Below are positions 1 to 10,446 of a stretch of DNA of 64,000 bases, piece by piece. This stretch comes from Alphaproteobacteria bacterium. GTDB taxonomy: Bacteria; Pseudomonadota; Alphaproteobacteria; Rs-D84. Position 1 is the first letter of the stretch; each line of letters starts with the position of its first letter. The stretch covers positions 17,981 through 81,980 of the forward strand of contig SUUO01000004.1 in the NCBI GenBank assembly GCA_015062485.1, read 5' to 3'. The notes under the pieces were generated by a model. That model saw nothing but the letters and a program-made list of their open reading frames with translations. It searched no databases and was not told the origin of the DNA. The position numbers were made by a program, and so were the translations under genes.

Positions 1-104
1 CAAGCTTATTTTTACTTTTTTTTATTGAGACAGCAATTTATTAGTTTACAATCAACTTGTACCGTTCTACCAGTGTTCACTGATATTAACCACGGGAGGT
101 CACT

Positions 105-296
105 ATGTTAAAAAACAAAATATTAACACCGGAAATTATTGAATCTATTGACAATACAATTCGTTTGATGAAAGAACTGCCCCTAGATAATGAACAAGAT
201 AAAAAACATATTGAGGGGCGGATTGCCGCGCTGGAATGGATAAAGACCGGTCAGGGCGGAAAAATTATTGTAAATATTCCTAAAAAAAGTGAATAA
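105..296 (+). CDS. Small hypothetical protein (63 aa)
   Basis: ORF with a strong SD (GGGAGGT) upstream and a terminator hairpin directly after the stop; no recognised family. Confidence 0.6.
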   Translation: MLKNKILTPEIIESIDNTIRLMKELPLDNEQDKKHIEGRIAALEWIKTGQGGKIIVNIPKKSE

Positions 297-322
297 AAAA
301 ATCCCAATTCTGGGATTTTTTT
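295..322. terminator. Bidirectional intrinsic terminator
   Basis: AAAAAAATCCCA-attc-TGGGATTTTTT between convergent genes. Confidence 0.8.
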
Positions 323-1700
323 ATCGATCATAAATCACCGGCGTTTTGTTTATTGTATATATTCGACCATCGTTTTCCGTATTAAAATAAATATAGATTA
401 CATTCGCAATATCATCCGGCGACCACGGGTTTATATTGTCGACAATTTGACGTGATGTGTTATGTGTAAACACCGAATGAAATGTATTATCAAACACACG
501 CGTATAGGCATCACCGAATGACGGACTTTCAATCATATTCATTAACACAATTCCATTCGGGGCAATGCGCGACTTGATACGCGACATAAATTCGCGGGTA
601 ATTAGACCCTCGGGTATCTGGAAGGAATTGGAATAAACGTCCAGCAAAATTATATCATATTGTTCCGGTGTATTTTTCAAAAACTGGGACGCGTCTTGAA
701 CAATAAACTTCTTGTTCGGTCCCAGATTTTGTTTCAAGAAATATTTTTCAGACACGTCTTTTAACGTTGACTCGATATCTACAAACGTATATTCGTGAAA
801 TGTATCACGCAGGCCGGCCGTAAATCCCCCCGCCCCCAGGACCAATATCTTGCGCGGTTTGTCCGTTGGCAATGTATAGATAAAATTATCATTTACAAAA
901 TTGATATACGGCGCACCACGACCATCGCGCGTGTCGTATATAGACATCGCCAGGCGATTCATATCCAATACACGCATACCATCAAATTCGGCAACAGATA
1001 TTGTGGAATTAGAATTATTTACCAATATGCCGTATTTTGAATACTGAACATAATCACTGTTGATATATCCACCAAACGCCAGCAAGAATGCCGCCACAAC
1101 CCAAACCCAAGTGCGACGGTATGACAACAATGCGCATACGCACCCCAGCAATATTACCAAACCAACCGTATAATTCACCCCCAAAAACGGCATCAAAAAC
1201 AATGTGGTCAGCAAAGATGCCATAACCGAACCAATTGTATCAACCGCCATAATGTTACCGGTGTTGTTTTTATTGCGAACCTGTAACAGGCGTGACAATA
1301 TCGTCGTATTAAATCCAAACAAAAATGGACCAACAGATAAAAATACAAACGAATAAATAAATGTCTGAACAATACCCGATGTTATACCCGCGGTGTACAT
1401 TAAGGCAAAGTATGTTGTAACGAATGGGAAACTGGCCGCAAAGAGTGCCAGCGCCGCAATAAATAGAAAGCTGAAACACAAAATCTTTGGAATATATTTA
1501 ATACGCACACGTTCGGAATTTCCCAGCCAATATCCTAACGACATAAAGCCCAAGAATGCCCCCATAATAATACTGGTGATAACGGGACTGGAACCGACCC
1601 AGAACGATAACTGACGTAATATAACCAATTCCAAAGATAAACTGATAAAACCATTTAAAAATATCAAAGCAATTAACCAAACGCGCATTTTTTTATTCAT
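321..1700 (-). CDS. Fused MFS-like membrane domain / spermidine synthase-like SAM-dependent protein
   Basis: About 7 N-terminal TM segments (LSLELV..RQL, DTIGSV) followed by a Rossmann SAM motif ILVLGAGG, VDIE, QDA, YDIILLDVY. Confidence 0.8.
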   Translation of the reverse strand: MNKKMRVWLIALIFLNGFISLSLELVILRQLSFWVGSSPVITSIIMGAFLGFMSLGYWLGNSERVRIKYIPKILCFSFLFIAALALFAASFPFVTTYFALMYTAGITSGIVQTFIYSFVFLSVGPFLFGFNTTILSRLLQVRNKNNTGNIMAVDTIGSVMASLLTTLFLMPFLGVNYTVGLVILLGCVCALLSYRRTWVWVVAAFLLAFGGYINSDYVQYSKYGILVNNSNSTISVAEFDGMRVLDMNRLAMSIYDTRDGRGAPYINFVNDNFIYTLPTDKPRKILVLGAGGFTAGLRDTFHEYTFVDIESTLKDVSEKYFLKQNLGPNKKFIVQDASQFLKNTPEQYDIILLDVYSNSFQIPEGLITREFMSRIKSRIAPNGIVLMNMIESPSFGDAYTRVFDNTFHSVFTHNTSRQIVDNINPWSPDDIANVIYIYFNTENDGRIYTINKTPVIYDR

Positions 1701-1761
1701 ATTAAATTCCCCATTTCCATATAGCGTAAAATATAAAGAAAAAGAAAATTTTCTGCAACCA

Positions 1762-2061
1762 CTAATGTGCGTTCATCAATCTTATGTCATCAAATTCAGG
1801 GTATCTGTTGAACATTGCGCGCGCAAACGGACATATTGTTATGATACGACGATGCTGGGACCGCGCCAGGTCTGCGACCCGGCGAACCAATGTCAGGCCT
1901 ATGTTCTGGCCACGGTATGGGGTCGCAACCCCGGTATAATCGATAATAATTTTATCCATACCAATACGAACATAGGTCACCTGGCCAATGATTTGACCGC
2001 GACAAATTGCATCAAACCCAGAACCATCAACAGACGGCATATATTGAATATCTTCTGACAT
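1762..2061 (-). CDS. GNAT family N-acetyltransferase (YjdJ-like)
   Basis: IIDYTGV..YRGQNIG and ICPFA motifs; start placed at MSEDIQ after a G-rich SD. Confidence 0.8.
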   Translation of the reverse strand: MSEDIQYMPSVDGSGFDAICRGQIIGQVTYVRIGMDKIIIDYTGVATPYRGQNIGLTLVRRVADLARSQHRRIITICPFARAMFNRYPEFDDIRLMNAH

Positions 2062-2157
2062 AAAAAATCCCCCCGTGTGGTAAAAATATATCACGGCGGA
2101 TAATTGGTTGCACTATGATTGTATTCAATAAAAAAACGGGGATTTTATCCCCGAATA

Positions 2158-3090
2158 TTATTTCAAAGAATCATAATTTCTACGGATGATTTTTCCACTG
2201 CGACGCAGTGCGGCACTTTCCGTCGATGTCATTCGTGGCATCAGTGTTGTTATAACGCCACCCCGCCCCACAATTCGCGGCAAAGACATTGCCAGTGCAG
2301 ATGCCCCAGAACCCGCAACAGTGGATACCGTTAAAATACGACGTTCGTCATTTATAATACAACGCAACAAATCTGCAACCGCCGCCGCAATTCCATCCCA
2401 GGTTGCCCCGCGCCCACGAATAATTTCATAGGCTGCATTTTGAACACGATGTTCAATTGTGTTGCGCGTGGTTTGTGGCAGGCTTATTTTAGCCTGGCGA
2501 CAGAATGTGTTTAAATCAATCGCGCCAACTGATGCCGATGACCAGTTTATCATACTGCTGTCGCCGTGTTCGCCCAGGACATATGCGTTTATTGATTGGG
2601 CAGACACCGACAAATGCCGTGATAATATCGCACGCAGGCGTGCAGAATCCAACATTGTCCCCGTACCAATCACACGGGATGCGGGTAACTTTGAAATCTT
2701 TTGCGCCAGCATAACCATTACATCCAGCGGATTTGTGACAATAACCAATGTTACGTGTTTGGGGTCTGTATTTGCCATAACACGTGGCACAATATCGGAA
2801 ATCACCGATGCATTTGCATTTAACAAATCGGTACGCGTTTGCCCGGGTTTCTGATTTGCACCGGCGGCAATAATTACAATATCAGAACCGCGAATACCAC
2901 GATAGTTATTTATAGCCGTAATTTTAACATCGTATGAAAACGCCGATGCGTGCCCCAAATCTTCGGCCGCAGCATAAGAACGAACATTGTCACGATCATA
3001 TAATGCGATTTCGTGAACCAGGCCTGTGTTTTTTACAGCGGTCGCAACGGCCGCACCAACAGAACCAATACCAATAATTGAAACCTTCAT
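2158..3090 (-). CDS. ldh: L-lactate dehydrogenase
   Basis: GIGSVG, AGANQKPGQTR (Gln specificity loop), VTNPLD, GTGTMLDSARLR, LGEHGDS. Confidence 0.9.
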   Translation of the reverse strand: MKVSIIGIGSVGAAVATAVKNTGLVHEIALYDRDNVRSYAAAEDLGHASAFSYDVKITAINNYRGIRGSDIVIIAAGANQKPGQTRTDLLNANASVISDIVPRVMANTDPKHVTLVIVTNPLDVMVMLAQKISKLPASRVIGTGTMLDSARLRAILSRHLSVSAQSINAYVLGEHGDSSMINWSSASVGAIDLNTFCRQAKISLPQTTRNTIEHRVQNAAYEIIRGRGATWDGIAAAVADLLRCIINDERRILTVSTVAGSGASALAMSLPRIVGRGGVITTLMPRMTSTESAALRRSGKIIRRNYDSLK

Positions 3091-3189
3091 ACATTCCCCC
3101 ATTTAATCAGGTATATTATACCACATATTCATCGATTTTTCACATAGGACTTGAAGTTTTTTTATTTTATGCTAGGTTATGACGTTGCT

Positions 3190-3675
3190 ATGAAGAACAA
3201 GACAAAGATTAAATTTGCAATATTGTTAATGTTGGTGGCGGGAAACGCATATGCCCAACAGCAAAATTCCGATGATGTAAAGCGGGGTGTGCGCGCGCAT
3301 AATTTTGCACGCACATTACTTTATTGGGCCGATGTTGAGGCATACTATGATGTTTCCAAGCGTGAAATTCGGGCCGCTGAAAAAATGTCCCCCGACAGTG
3401 CGATGGCGCGCATTCCGACATTGGTGCGGGATTCAACGTATTTTGCGAACGAACTGCGGTCTGGGGCGGATATTATAAATTCAAAATATACATTAAATGA
3501 ACGCCCGGATAATATTTATACGATATATGAATTACTGTATGTATATGACAAAAAAAATTCTGATAAAAATTCGCCTGATTATATAATGGCCGATAAATTG
3601 CATAAATATGTGGATGTGATAAAAGAACTGAAACTGGCGCGATATGCAATAAGACACAATGATAATCACAAATAA
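3190..3675 (+). CDS. Hypothetical secreted protein
   Basis: Basic N-terminus, hydrophobic core and AYA signal peptidase site; terminator after the stop. Confidence 0.6.
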   Translation: MKNKTKIKFAILLMLVAGNAYAQQQNSDDVKRGVRAHNFARTLLYWADVEAYYDVSKREIRAAEKMSPDSAMARIPTLVRDSTYFANELRSGADIINSKYTLNERPDNIYTIYELLYVYDKKNSDKNSPDYIMADKLHKYVDVIKELKLARYAIRHNDNHK

Positions 3676-3701
3676 AAATCCCGGCGATGCCGGGGTTTTT
3701 T
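3674..3701. terminator. Bidirectional intrinsic terminator
   Basis: AAAAATCCCGGC-gat-GCCGGGGTTTTTT. Confidence 0.8.
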
Positions 3702-5688
3702 ACCATAACTTTACACGCTCATACGGGGCGACATACATTTTATCGTCCGATGCAATGCCAAACGCATCATACCACGCGTCTATATGAACCAAGATTCCGT
3801 TTACGCGATTTTTCCCCAGCGAATGTTCATCAATCTTGGTCAGGCGTAATTCTTCGTCTGGGCGAATGTTTTGTGCCCAAGCACCTGCATACGCGATAAA
3901 GAAACGCATATCCGGCGTCAGCCCCGCAGATTCATTGGATGGTGTGCCAAAGTTTTTATATGCCGTGTATGCAATTGTAACCCCACCATAATCCGCCAGG
4001 TTTTCACCCAGTGTAAATTCGCCGTTGGCGTTAACTTCGTCATTGATTTGGATATTGTCAAAGAATTCACGCATTACACGTGCACGAACATCAAAACGCG
4101 CCGCATCCAACAATGTCCACCAATCGTTCAGGTTTCCGTCTTTGTCGAATTTACGCCCCATATCGTCAAATCCGTGCGTCATTTCGTGACCAATAATCGC
4201 ACCAATCGCACCATAATTAAACGCATCATCGGCATTCATATCAAAGAACGGATACTGTAAAATTCCGGCAGGAAAACAAATCTCGTTTGTAGACGGATCG
4301 TAATACGCATTTACTTCGTGTGCGTTCATGTACCAAATGATTGGGTCTTTTTCCGCACCGATTTTATTCAGCCAGAACGCATCTTCAAATTTGGAAACCT
4401 GTACCATATTTTCCCACAGGGATTTATTTGAATCTATGTCCAGTTTTGAATAATCACGCCATTTGTCTGGGTATCCAATTTTTGCGCGGAATGTTGATAG
4501 TTTTTCCAATGCCTTTTGTTTTGTTTCGTCCGACATCCAGGTCAGATTTTCAATTCGAATCGCATATGCACGTTGCAGATTTTTTACCAATGTTTCCATA
4601 CGTTTTTTTGCGGCGGCTGGAAAATATTTTTCAACATATAATTGCCCAATTAATTCACCCAATGCATCATCCAGCATAGATACCGCGCGTTTCCAGCGTG
4701 GCTTGGGTTCTTTCTGTCCGGCCATTGTGCGGTTATAGAAATCAAATGCAATTTCATAAGATGCATCATCCAGTAAACTGCTTGCAGAATTTGCAATACG
4801 ATACTTCAAATACGTTTTAATTAATTCAAAGTCAGTATCGTTCATAATCGCGATTGATTCGCGAATTGCATCTGGCTGGTTCACATTGATATCCGTGGCC
4901 GCAGATGCCCCACGTGCAACCAGATATGTATCCCAATTAAATCCGGGAAATTCTTTTTTAACATCTGCCAATGTCATCTTGTGATAATTGGCGTGTGGAT
5001 CGCGCAGAACTTCTTTGGTGTGGAATGATTTTGCCATACGTTCTTCCAATGCGTACAGTTTTTCCGCATCGCCCGCAATACCAAAATTCTTTAATTGTTT
5101 TGCAATATATTTTTTATATTCGTTGCGGATTTCAACAGATTTACTGTCGCTATCAAAATAATAATCACGCGACAGCCCAATTCCGCCCTGGCCAATGTTA
5201 TAGATGTAATGCGTACTGTCCATTTCGTCCAGCGCAACACCATCAGACCAAAACGCAGATGAAAATGTGTGCATATTACCCAGATATTGTGGCAATTGTT
5301 CGGGACCGGTTAATGCATCAATCTCGTTCATGTATTTTACCAGTGGCGCAACACCATCGGCGTTACGTTTTTCTGTGTTCATAATAATTTTATAAAGTGT
5401 ACCGATTTTTTTATCATCATTTTCTGCAATTTCACGGGTGCGTTCCAGATTTGTGTTGCGTAAAACCTCGAACGCGCCAAAGCGTGAATAGTCATCCGGA
5501 ATTGGGTTTGCGTCGCGCCAACCACGTGTCGCATAGTCATAAAAATCATCACCCGGTCTAACCGTCATATCCATATTCTCAGTCTTGATTCCTGCATCCA
5601 TTTTCTTCCCCTTTGATGTTTGATATGCAAATAAAATTGCGATTGCAACGGCAATAGTGCCAATTATGTTCCAGAATGTGCTTCTCAT
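3700..5688 (-). CDS. pepO: M13 family (neprilysin/PepO-like) zinc endopeptidase
   Basis: PGDDFYDYA, VNAYY, HEMTHGFDD, GENLAD; N-terminal membrane anchor. Confidence 0.92.
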   Translation of the reverse strand: MRSTFWNIIGTIAVAIAILFAYQTSKGKKMDAGIKTENMDMTVRPGDDFYDYATRGWRDANPIPDDYSRFGAFEVLRNTNLERTREIAENDDKKIGTLYKIIMNTEKRNADGVAPLVKYMNEIDALTGPEQLPQYLGNMHTFSSAFWSDGVALDEMDSTHYIYNIGQGGIGLSRDYYFDSDSKSVEIRNEYKKYIAKQLKNFGIAGDAEKLYALEERMAKSFHTKEVLRDPHANYHKMTLADVKKEFPGFNWDTYLVARGASAATDINVNQPDAIRESIAIMNDTDFELIKTYLKYRIANSASSLLDDASYEIAFDFYNRTMAGQKEPKPRWKRAVSMLDDALGELIGQLYVEKYFPAAAKKRMETLVKNLQRAYAIRIENLTWMSDETKQKALEKLSTFRAKIGYPDKWRDYSKLDIDSNKSLWENMVQVSKFEDAFWLNKIGAEKDPIIWYMNAHEVNAYYDPSTNEICFPAGILQYPFFDMNADDAFNYGAIGAIIGHEMTHGFDDMGRKFDKDGNLNDWWTLLDAARFDVRARVMREFFDNIQINDEVNANGEFTLGENLADYGGVTIAYTAYKNFGTPSNESAGLTPDMRFFIAYAGAWAQNIRPDEELRLTKIDEHSLGKNRVNGILVHIDAWYDAFGIASDDKMYVAPYERVKLW

Positions 5689-5692
5689 CTTT

Positions 5693-6748
5693 TTACCTTG
5701 CGATTTTTACCAGTATATCGTCCAGTACCAACATACCCGCCTGGGTCACAAAAATGCGATTATTTTCTATTTGGACCAGGTTTGGCATATTTCGTACCGC
5801 GCCCATATTTATAACGCGTTTTATGTCTTCTGTCAAATTCACGCCACGCACCGTCCGCAGACCCGTTATCAGCTTTTCAACCGCACGCGCTGATGTATCT
5901 AGGGGTTCAAATTTTTCGTTTGCCCCCATTTGTTCATACCATACCCCATTGTAATAAACACGCCCCGCCGCACCGCGTCCAATGCCAATATACGGTGCGC
6001 CATCCCAGACATTTTCATTATGACGACAATGTGTGGTTGGGGTGGCGTAATTTGAAACCTCGTACCGGGGCAGGTTTAAAGCATCCCCAATCGCATTATA
6101 CATATCCGCCATTTCATCATTTGTTGGCATTTGCGGATTTTCGCGACCGATGGGGGTTGTGGGCTCTATCGTTAATTCATAAAGCGAACAATGCAGTAAC
6201 CCAAGGGTATTTATATTCTTGCACATTTCAATGATATCACCAACCGTATCCCCCGGCAATCCATATATAAAGTCGGCCGACACGTGCAACCCCATATCGT
6301 GCGCCGTGTTCAGTGTTGTGACGGCATCGGTCACACTGTGTCGACGCCCCAGATATTTTAGCCGGTCGTCCGATAAACTTTGTACACCAACACTTAGCCG
6401 GTTTACCCCCAGGGTTTGAAAATCGTGCATTTTTATTTTATCTATGGTGCCCGGATTTGATTCAATTGTTATTTCGGCATCCGGCAATACTTCAAAACTG
6501 GAATAAAGTTTATTTATTATTCTTTCAAAGCACACTATCGGCATCAATGATGGTGTGCCACCACCAAAGAATATTGTTGGTACCGATATTCGCCCCAGCA
6601 TACGCCCCCAGTGTTCAATTTCGTCGATTATGCCATCTGTGTACACGGTCCAGTCGGGATTTGCACAGGCACGTGAAAAAAATGCGCAATAACGGCACTT
6701 AGATATACAAAACGGAACGTGAATATAAATGTTATGCGGTAAATTCAT
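5693..6748 (-). CDS. hemW: Radical SAM heme chaperone HemW/HemN-like
   Basis: YIHVPFCISKCRYCAF, GGGTPS, ESNP, YEVSNY. Confidence 0.88.
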   Translation of the reverse strand: MNLPHNIYIHVPFCISKCRYCAFFSRACANPDWTVYTDGIIDEIEHWGRMLGRISVPTIFFGGGTPSLMPIVCFERIINKLYSSFEVLPDAEITIESNPGTIDKIKMHDFQTLGVNRLSVGVQSLSDDRLKYLGRRHSVTDAVTTLNTAHDMGLHVSADFIYGLPGDTVGDIIEMCKNINTLGLLHCSLYELTIEPTTPIGRENPQMPTNDEMADMYNAIGDALNLPRYEVSNYATPTTHCRHNENVWDGAPYIGIGRGAAGRVYYNGVWYEQMGANEKFEPLDTSARAVEKLITGLRTVRGVNLTEDIKRVINMGAVRNMPNLVQIENNRIFVTQAGMLVLDDILVKIAR

Positions 6749-6847
6749 AAGTCTTATTTTACACCGCGCCCGACATCGTGCAAGAAATAAATGAAAACGC
6801 TTTCACGGGGACCTTTTTTATGATATAATAAAAGCACGAATGTTGGA

Positions 6848-8332
6848 ATGAGAAAGGGCTTAATTTCATTTTTGTCGCTGATTTTAGCACCTGTTGCGGT
6901 ATTGGCCGCGAACGAGGGGGTGCCGTCATACTATCAAACACAACGTGCGACAACCGCCAATCAGGCCGGATATAACCAATATGCAACAGCGGGATACACA
7001 AAATATGTTGGCACATCTGGTAATAAACAAACGGTCGGTTCACGCACATACACGTACCAGGTTCCACGTCAACCCACATATATTCCGCAGATGCCGGGCG
7101 CAATGACAACAAATGGTATCGCAATGCCCACCCAGAGTGAGCCTGCAACATCAATTTATGCCGGATATACGCGTCGCTTTGCCGATTTTCAATTTGAAAC
7201 GGGTGTAAATTCCATTCTGGAATGGGACGATATGATTCTTAACGAAATCACAGTCGGCGCCCGCCATAATTTTAGTCTGCGTGATTTTGATTTATCTGTA
7301 TATGGTGAATATTCATATGGTGACATCTCGCACGGGGGATTGTCGATGGACTATGATTTGCAACCATTTGACACATCCGACCCAGCATATGGAATCTTTA
7401 CGATTTCTATGGGGGATCTATCGGGGCGCACAAATCATTTTCGTTTCGGCCTGTCTGCGCATCACGCGTGGGATATTGCGGGATGGAAATTATCACCAAC
7501 AATCGGTTATGAAATTTTTAAACACAACCTGGAAATGAGCGATCATTACTATCCAAATCCGGGAATTTATTTGCCATTGATGACGAACAAGGGCGACTAT
7601 GTTTACGGCGACGTCGACGGGAACTATTACAGTGTACCAACAAACGTTGCACCTGATGAGGGCTGGTACCAGGTTTGTATGTCCCCAGAAGACATCAAAT
7701 TGGTCCAGGCGCCGGCATCGGGCCTGGGGTCATTGGGCACAGATTTAGGGATTGGTGATTACGACCCGGCAATGGGATATATTCCGTGGGGTGTTGATGC
7801 GGGCGAATGTGTAATCATTGGTGGCGATGGCCCAATTCTGGTCAGTGGCACAACACATATATACAACACAACTTGGTCTGGGTTTTATGTCGGGTTAGAA
7901 GTTGAAAAACAAATGACCCTGAACGACAAACTGCGTATGTACGTTCAATTTGGATTACCCAAGTATTCATCCGAGGGCATTTGGCCAAATCGTACAGACT
8001 GGCAACAAAACCCCAGTTTCCTGGACGAAGGGGACAATGATTCCTATTCATATCTGGCGGAATTGGAATATAATTATAAATTATCCGACAGATTACAGTT
8101 ATCTGTTCGGGCGGATACAAACTGTTTCCACGTGGGTCAGATTCCAGGGGAACTGTATGTTGCGGGTTCTTATGATTATGCCTATAACGAAGACGGCACA
8201 ATCAAAACCGACGAATACGGTAATCCTATGATAGAGGAAATTGCCCCATACACTGAATACGTCAGCAATTCGTTGAAAAAAGCCACCTGGCAATCATTTG
8301 GATTGCATATTGGCGTAAAATATTCATTCTAG
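6848..8332 (+). CDS. Outer-membrane beta-barrel protein (omptin/Pom-like)
   Basis: Signal peptide, alternating beta-strand pattern, NSILEWDD and W.NRTDW..NPSF motifs, C-terminal beta-signal GLHIGVKYSF. Confidence 0.7.
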   Translation: MRKGLISFLSLILAPVAVLAANEGVPSYYQTQRATTANQAGYNQYATAGYTKYVGTSGNKQTVGSRTYTYQVPRQPTYIPQMPGAMTTNGIAMPTQSEPATSIYAGYTRRFADFQFETGVNSILEWDDMILNEITVGARHNFSLRDFDLSVYGEYSYGDISHGGLSMDYDLQPFDTSDPAYGIFTISMGDLSGRTNHFRFGLSAHHAWDIAGWKLSPTIGYEIFKHNLEMSDHYYPNPGIYLPLMTNKGDYVYGDVDGNYYSVPTNVAPDEGWYQVCMSPEDIKLVQAPASGLGSLGTDLGIGDYDPAMGYIPWGVDAGECVIIGGDGPILVSGTTHIYNTTWSGFYVGLEVEKQMTLNDKLRMYVQFGLPKYSSEGIWPNRTDWQQNPSFLDEGDNDSYSYLAELEYNYKLSDRLQLSVRADTNCFHVGQIPGELYVAGSYDYAYNEDGTIKTDEYGNPMIEEIAPYTEYVSNSLKKATWQSFGLHIGVKYSF

Positions 8333-8350
8333 GGTACAAAAGGGACGTTT

Positions 8351-9418
8351 ATGAACCTGCGCTGTGCGGTACGCGTATGTGGCGTGCTGATATCTTTGCT
8401 GGGGCCGATTACATCACACGCGGTGGACGTGGGGGCTTTTGACATTGAACGTTGGTATGGGATGTTAGACCGGGTGCGTACGCGCGCAATCGCCAATGGA
8501 ATTTCAGATAAGGTGGTAAAAGAAACCCTGAAATCCCCCGCATTTATTCCATCAATTGTTAAAAGCGATAAAAATCAGGCCGAATTTAAACTAACAATGG
8601 ACCAATATTTGAATCGCACGGTAAATAGCAAACGTATTTCAGACGGCAAAAAAATGCGCGCAAAATATCCAACGATGCTGGGGCGGGTTGAAAAAAAATT
8701 TGGTGTACCACCGCACGTGATTTTGGCGTTCTGGGGGATGGAAACAAACTATGGCGCGGTAAAATCACGGCACCAGTTGACCAACGCATTTCTGACCCTG
8801 ATGTACAATGGCCGACGCGAGACCTTTTTTGAAAACCAATTAATTGCATTGATGAAAATAGCAGACAAGAACAAATTGAATATAAATAATATTCACGGTT
8901 CTTGGGCGGGGGCGATGGGACATTTTCAATTTATTCCAACGACACTGGCCCAGTATGGCACAGACGGCAATGCCGACGGTCGCATCGATATTATAAACAG
9001 TGTTGGCGATGCAATGTTCAGCGCGGGAAATTATTTGAATAAATTGGGCTGGAATAAAAACGAGCGTATTGTGCGTCGCGTAATTTTACCGGCAGATTTT
9101 GATATAACCCTTTTGGACGGAAAAACAAAAAAGACGTTGCCAGAATGGGCGGCGATGGGCGTTACAAATCCGGATGGCACCCCAATTCCACAGGGCCAGA
9201 TGATGGCCGGACTGGTTGCCGACATCGCACAGATTGAATCTGCGCGGGCGCAACTTATCGCGGACGCAACAACCGGGGCGCCAATGGACACCGACATAGC
9301 ACCACAACCCGCCATTGTTGCGTATTTGACATATCCAAACTTTTATCGGATAAAGAAATGGAATAATTCTAATTGGTATGCGATTGCGATTGCAAATCTG
9401 GCGGATGAATTAAAGTAA
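8351..9418 (+). CDS. mltB: Lytic murein transglycosylase (MltB/Slt35, SLT_2 family)
   Basis: AFWGMETNYG, GSWAGAMGHFQFIP, EF-hand DGNADGRID, NFYRIKKWNNS. Confidence 0.9.
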   Translation: MNLRCAVRVCGVLISLLGPITSHAVDVGAFDIERWYGMLDRVRTRAIANGISDKVVKETLKSPAFIPSIVKSDKNQAEFKLTMDQYLNRTVNSKRISDGKKMRAKYPTMLGRVEKKFGVPPHVILAFWGMETNYGAVKSRHQLTNAFLTLMYNGRRETFFENQLIALMKIADKNKLNINNIHGSWAGAMGHFQFIPTTLAQYGTDGNADGRIDIINSVGDAMFSAGNYLNKLGWNKNERIVRRVILPADFDITLLDGKTKKTLPEWAAMGVTNPDGTPIPQGQMMAGLVADIAQIESARAQLIADATTGAPMDTDIAPQPAIVAYLTYPNFYRIKKWNNSNWYAIAIANLADELK

Positions 9419-9486
9419 ATTAAACGTTTACAATTGCCTGATTCTTTGATACTCTTCCCACATATATAGATACAAAGGATAAATTT

Positions 9487-10443
9487 ATGGCTATCAAGGT
9501 ACGCGATTTCGAAGTACGCTTAACACGCAACAAAGATGAACGCAAACAGGTGCGCCAGTTGCGCTATAAAGTTTTTGTAGAAGAAGAAGGCGCCGGTGTC
9601 ACAGATGAACAACGCGCCCTGGGCGAGGAATATGATGCATATGACAGATATGCGGAATATATGGCGGTTTTTCATCAGGGCCGTGTTGTTGGAACGTATC
9701 GTATTATTGATAGAAATGCCGCTGAAAAAATGGGTGGCTTCTATACAGAAAACGAATTTAATATTTCGAAGATAAAAAAATATCGTGGCAATATTGCGGA
9801 AATGTCGCGCGCCTGTGTCGATCCAGATTATCGTGAAAACGCATTGGTTATGCGTATGTTGTGGGCGGGATTGGGCGAATATATTGTTCGTCGCAAAATT
9901 GGTGTTTTGTTTGGTGTGGCGTCTTGGGTTGGTACAAAACCCGCAAAATCCGCCCAGGCAATATCATATTTGTATTACAACCATCTGACACCGCCACGTC
10001 TGCGGGCAACGGTATTGCCGGAAAAATTTGCAGATGGTGTTAATCCAAAATTGGCACGAATGAATATCTTGCCACCTGAATTTGTAGATGAAATGGATGC
10101 CAAACACGAAATGACACCACTGATTAAGGGATATTTACGTTTGGGCGCCACATTCGGCAAAGGGGTGTTTGTTGACACGCCATTTAATTCATACGATGTG
10201 TTTGTTATGATGGAAACACGCAAAATGAACGCGGCGTATCAAAAGCATTTCTTGGGGCGTGAAAATGCACTGGGGGATGCCGAAGAAGACAAAGACGGAA
10301 TTATTAAAACAATTAGCAAAATTGTTACCTTCCCGGTAACCGGCCCGTTAAAGGTTATGCGTGCATTCGTTGAATTTTTATTGCACGAAGATGCGGCCGA
10401 TGCAGAATTTGTCGAAGATACTGATAAAAACGAAGAAGAATAA
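9487..10443 (+). CDS. olsB: L-ornithine N-acyltransferase OlsB-like GNAT
   Basis: QLRYKVFVEE, VVGTYR, EMSRACVDPDYR, LWAGL, PLIKGYLRLGA; paired with an acyltransferase gene. Confidence 0.8.
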   Translation: MAIKVRDFEVRLTRNKDERKQVRQLRYKVFVEEEGAGVTDEQRALGEEYDAYDRYAEYMAVFHQGRVVGTYRIIDRNAAEKMGGFYTENEFNISKIKKYRGNIAEMSRACVDPDYRENALVMRMLWAGLGEYIVRRKIGVLFGVASWVGTKPAKSAQAISYLYYNHLTPPRLRATVLPEKFADGVNPKLARMNILPPEFVDEMDAKHEMTPLIKGYLRLGATFGKGVFVDTPFNSYDVFVMMETRKMNAAYQKHFLGRENALGDAEEDKDGIIKTISKIVTFPVTGPLKVMRAFVEFLLHEDAADAEFVEDTDKNEEE

Positions 10444-10446
10444 ACA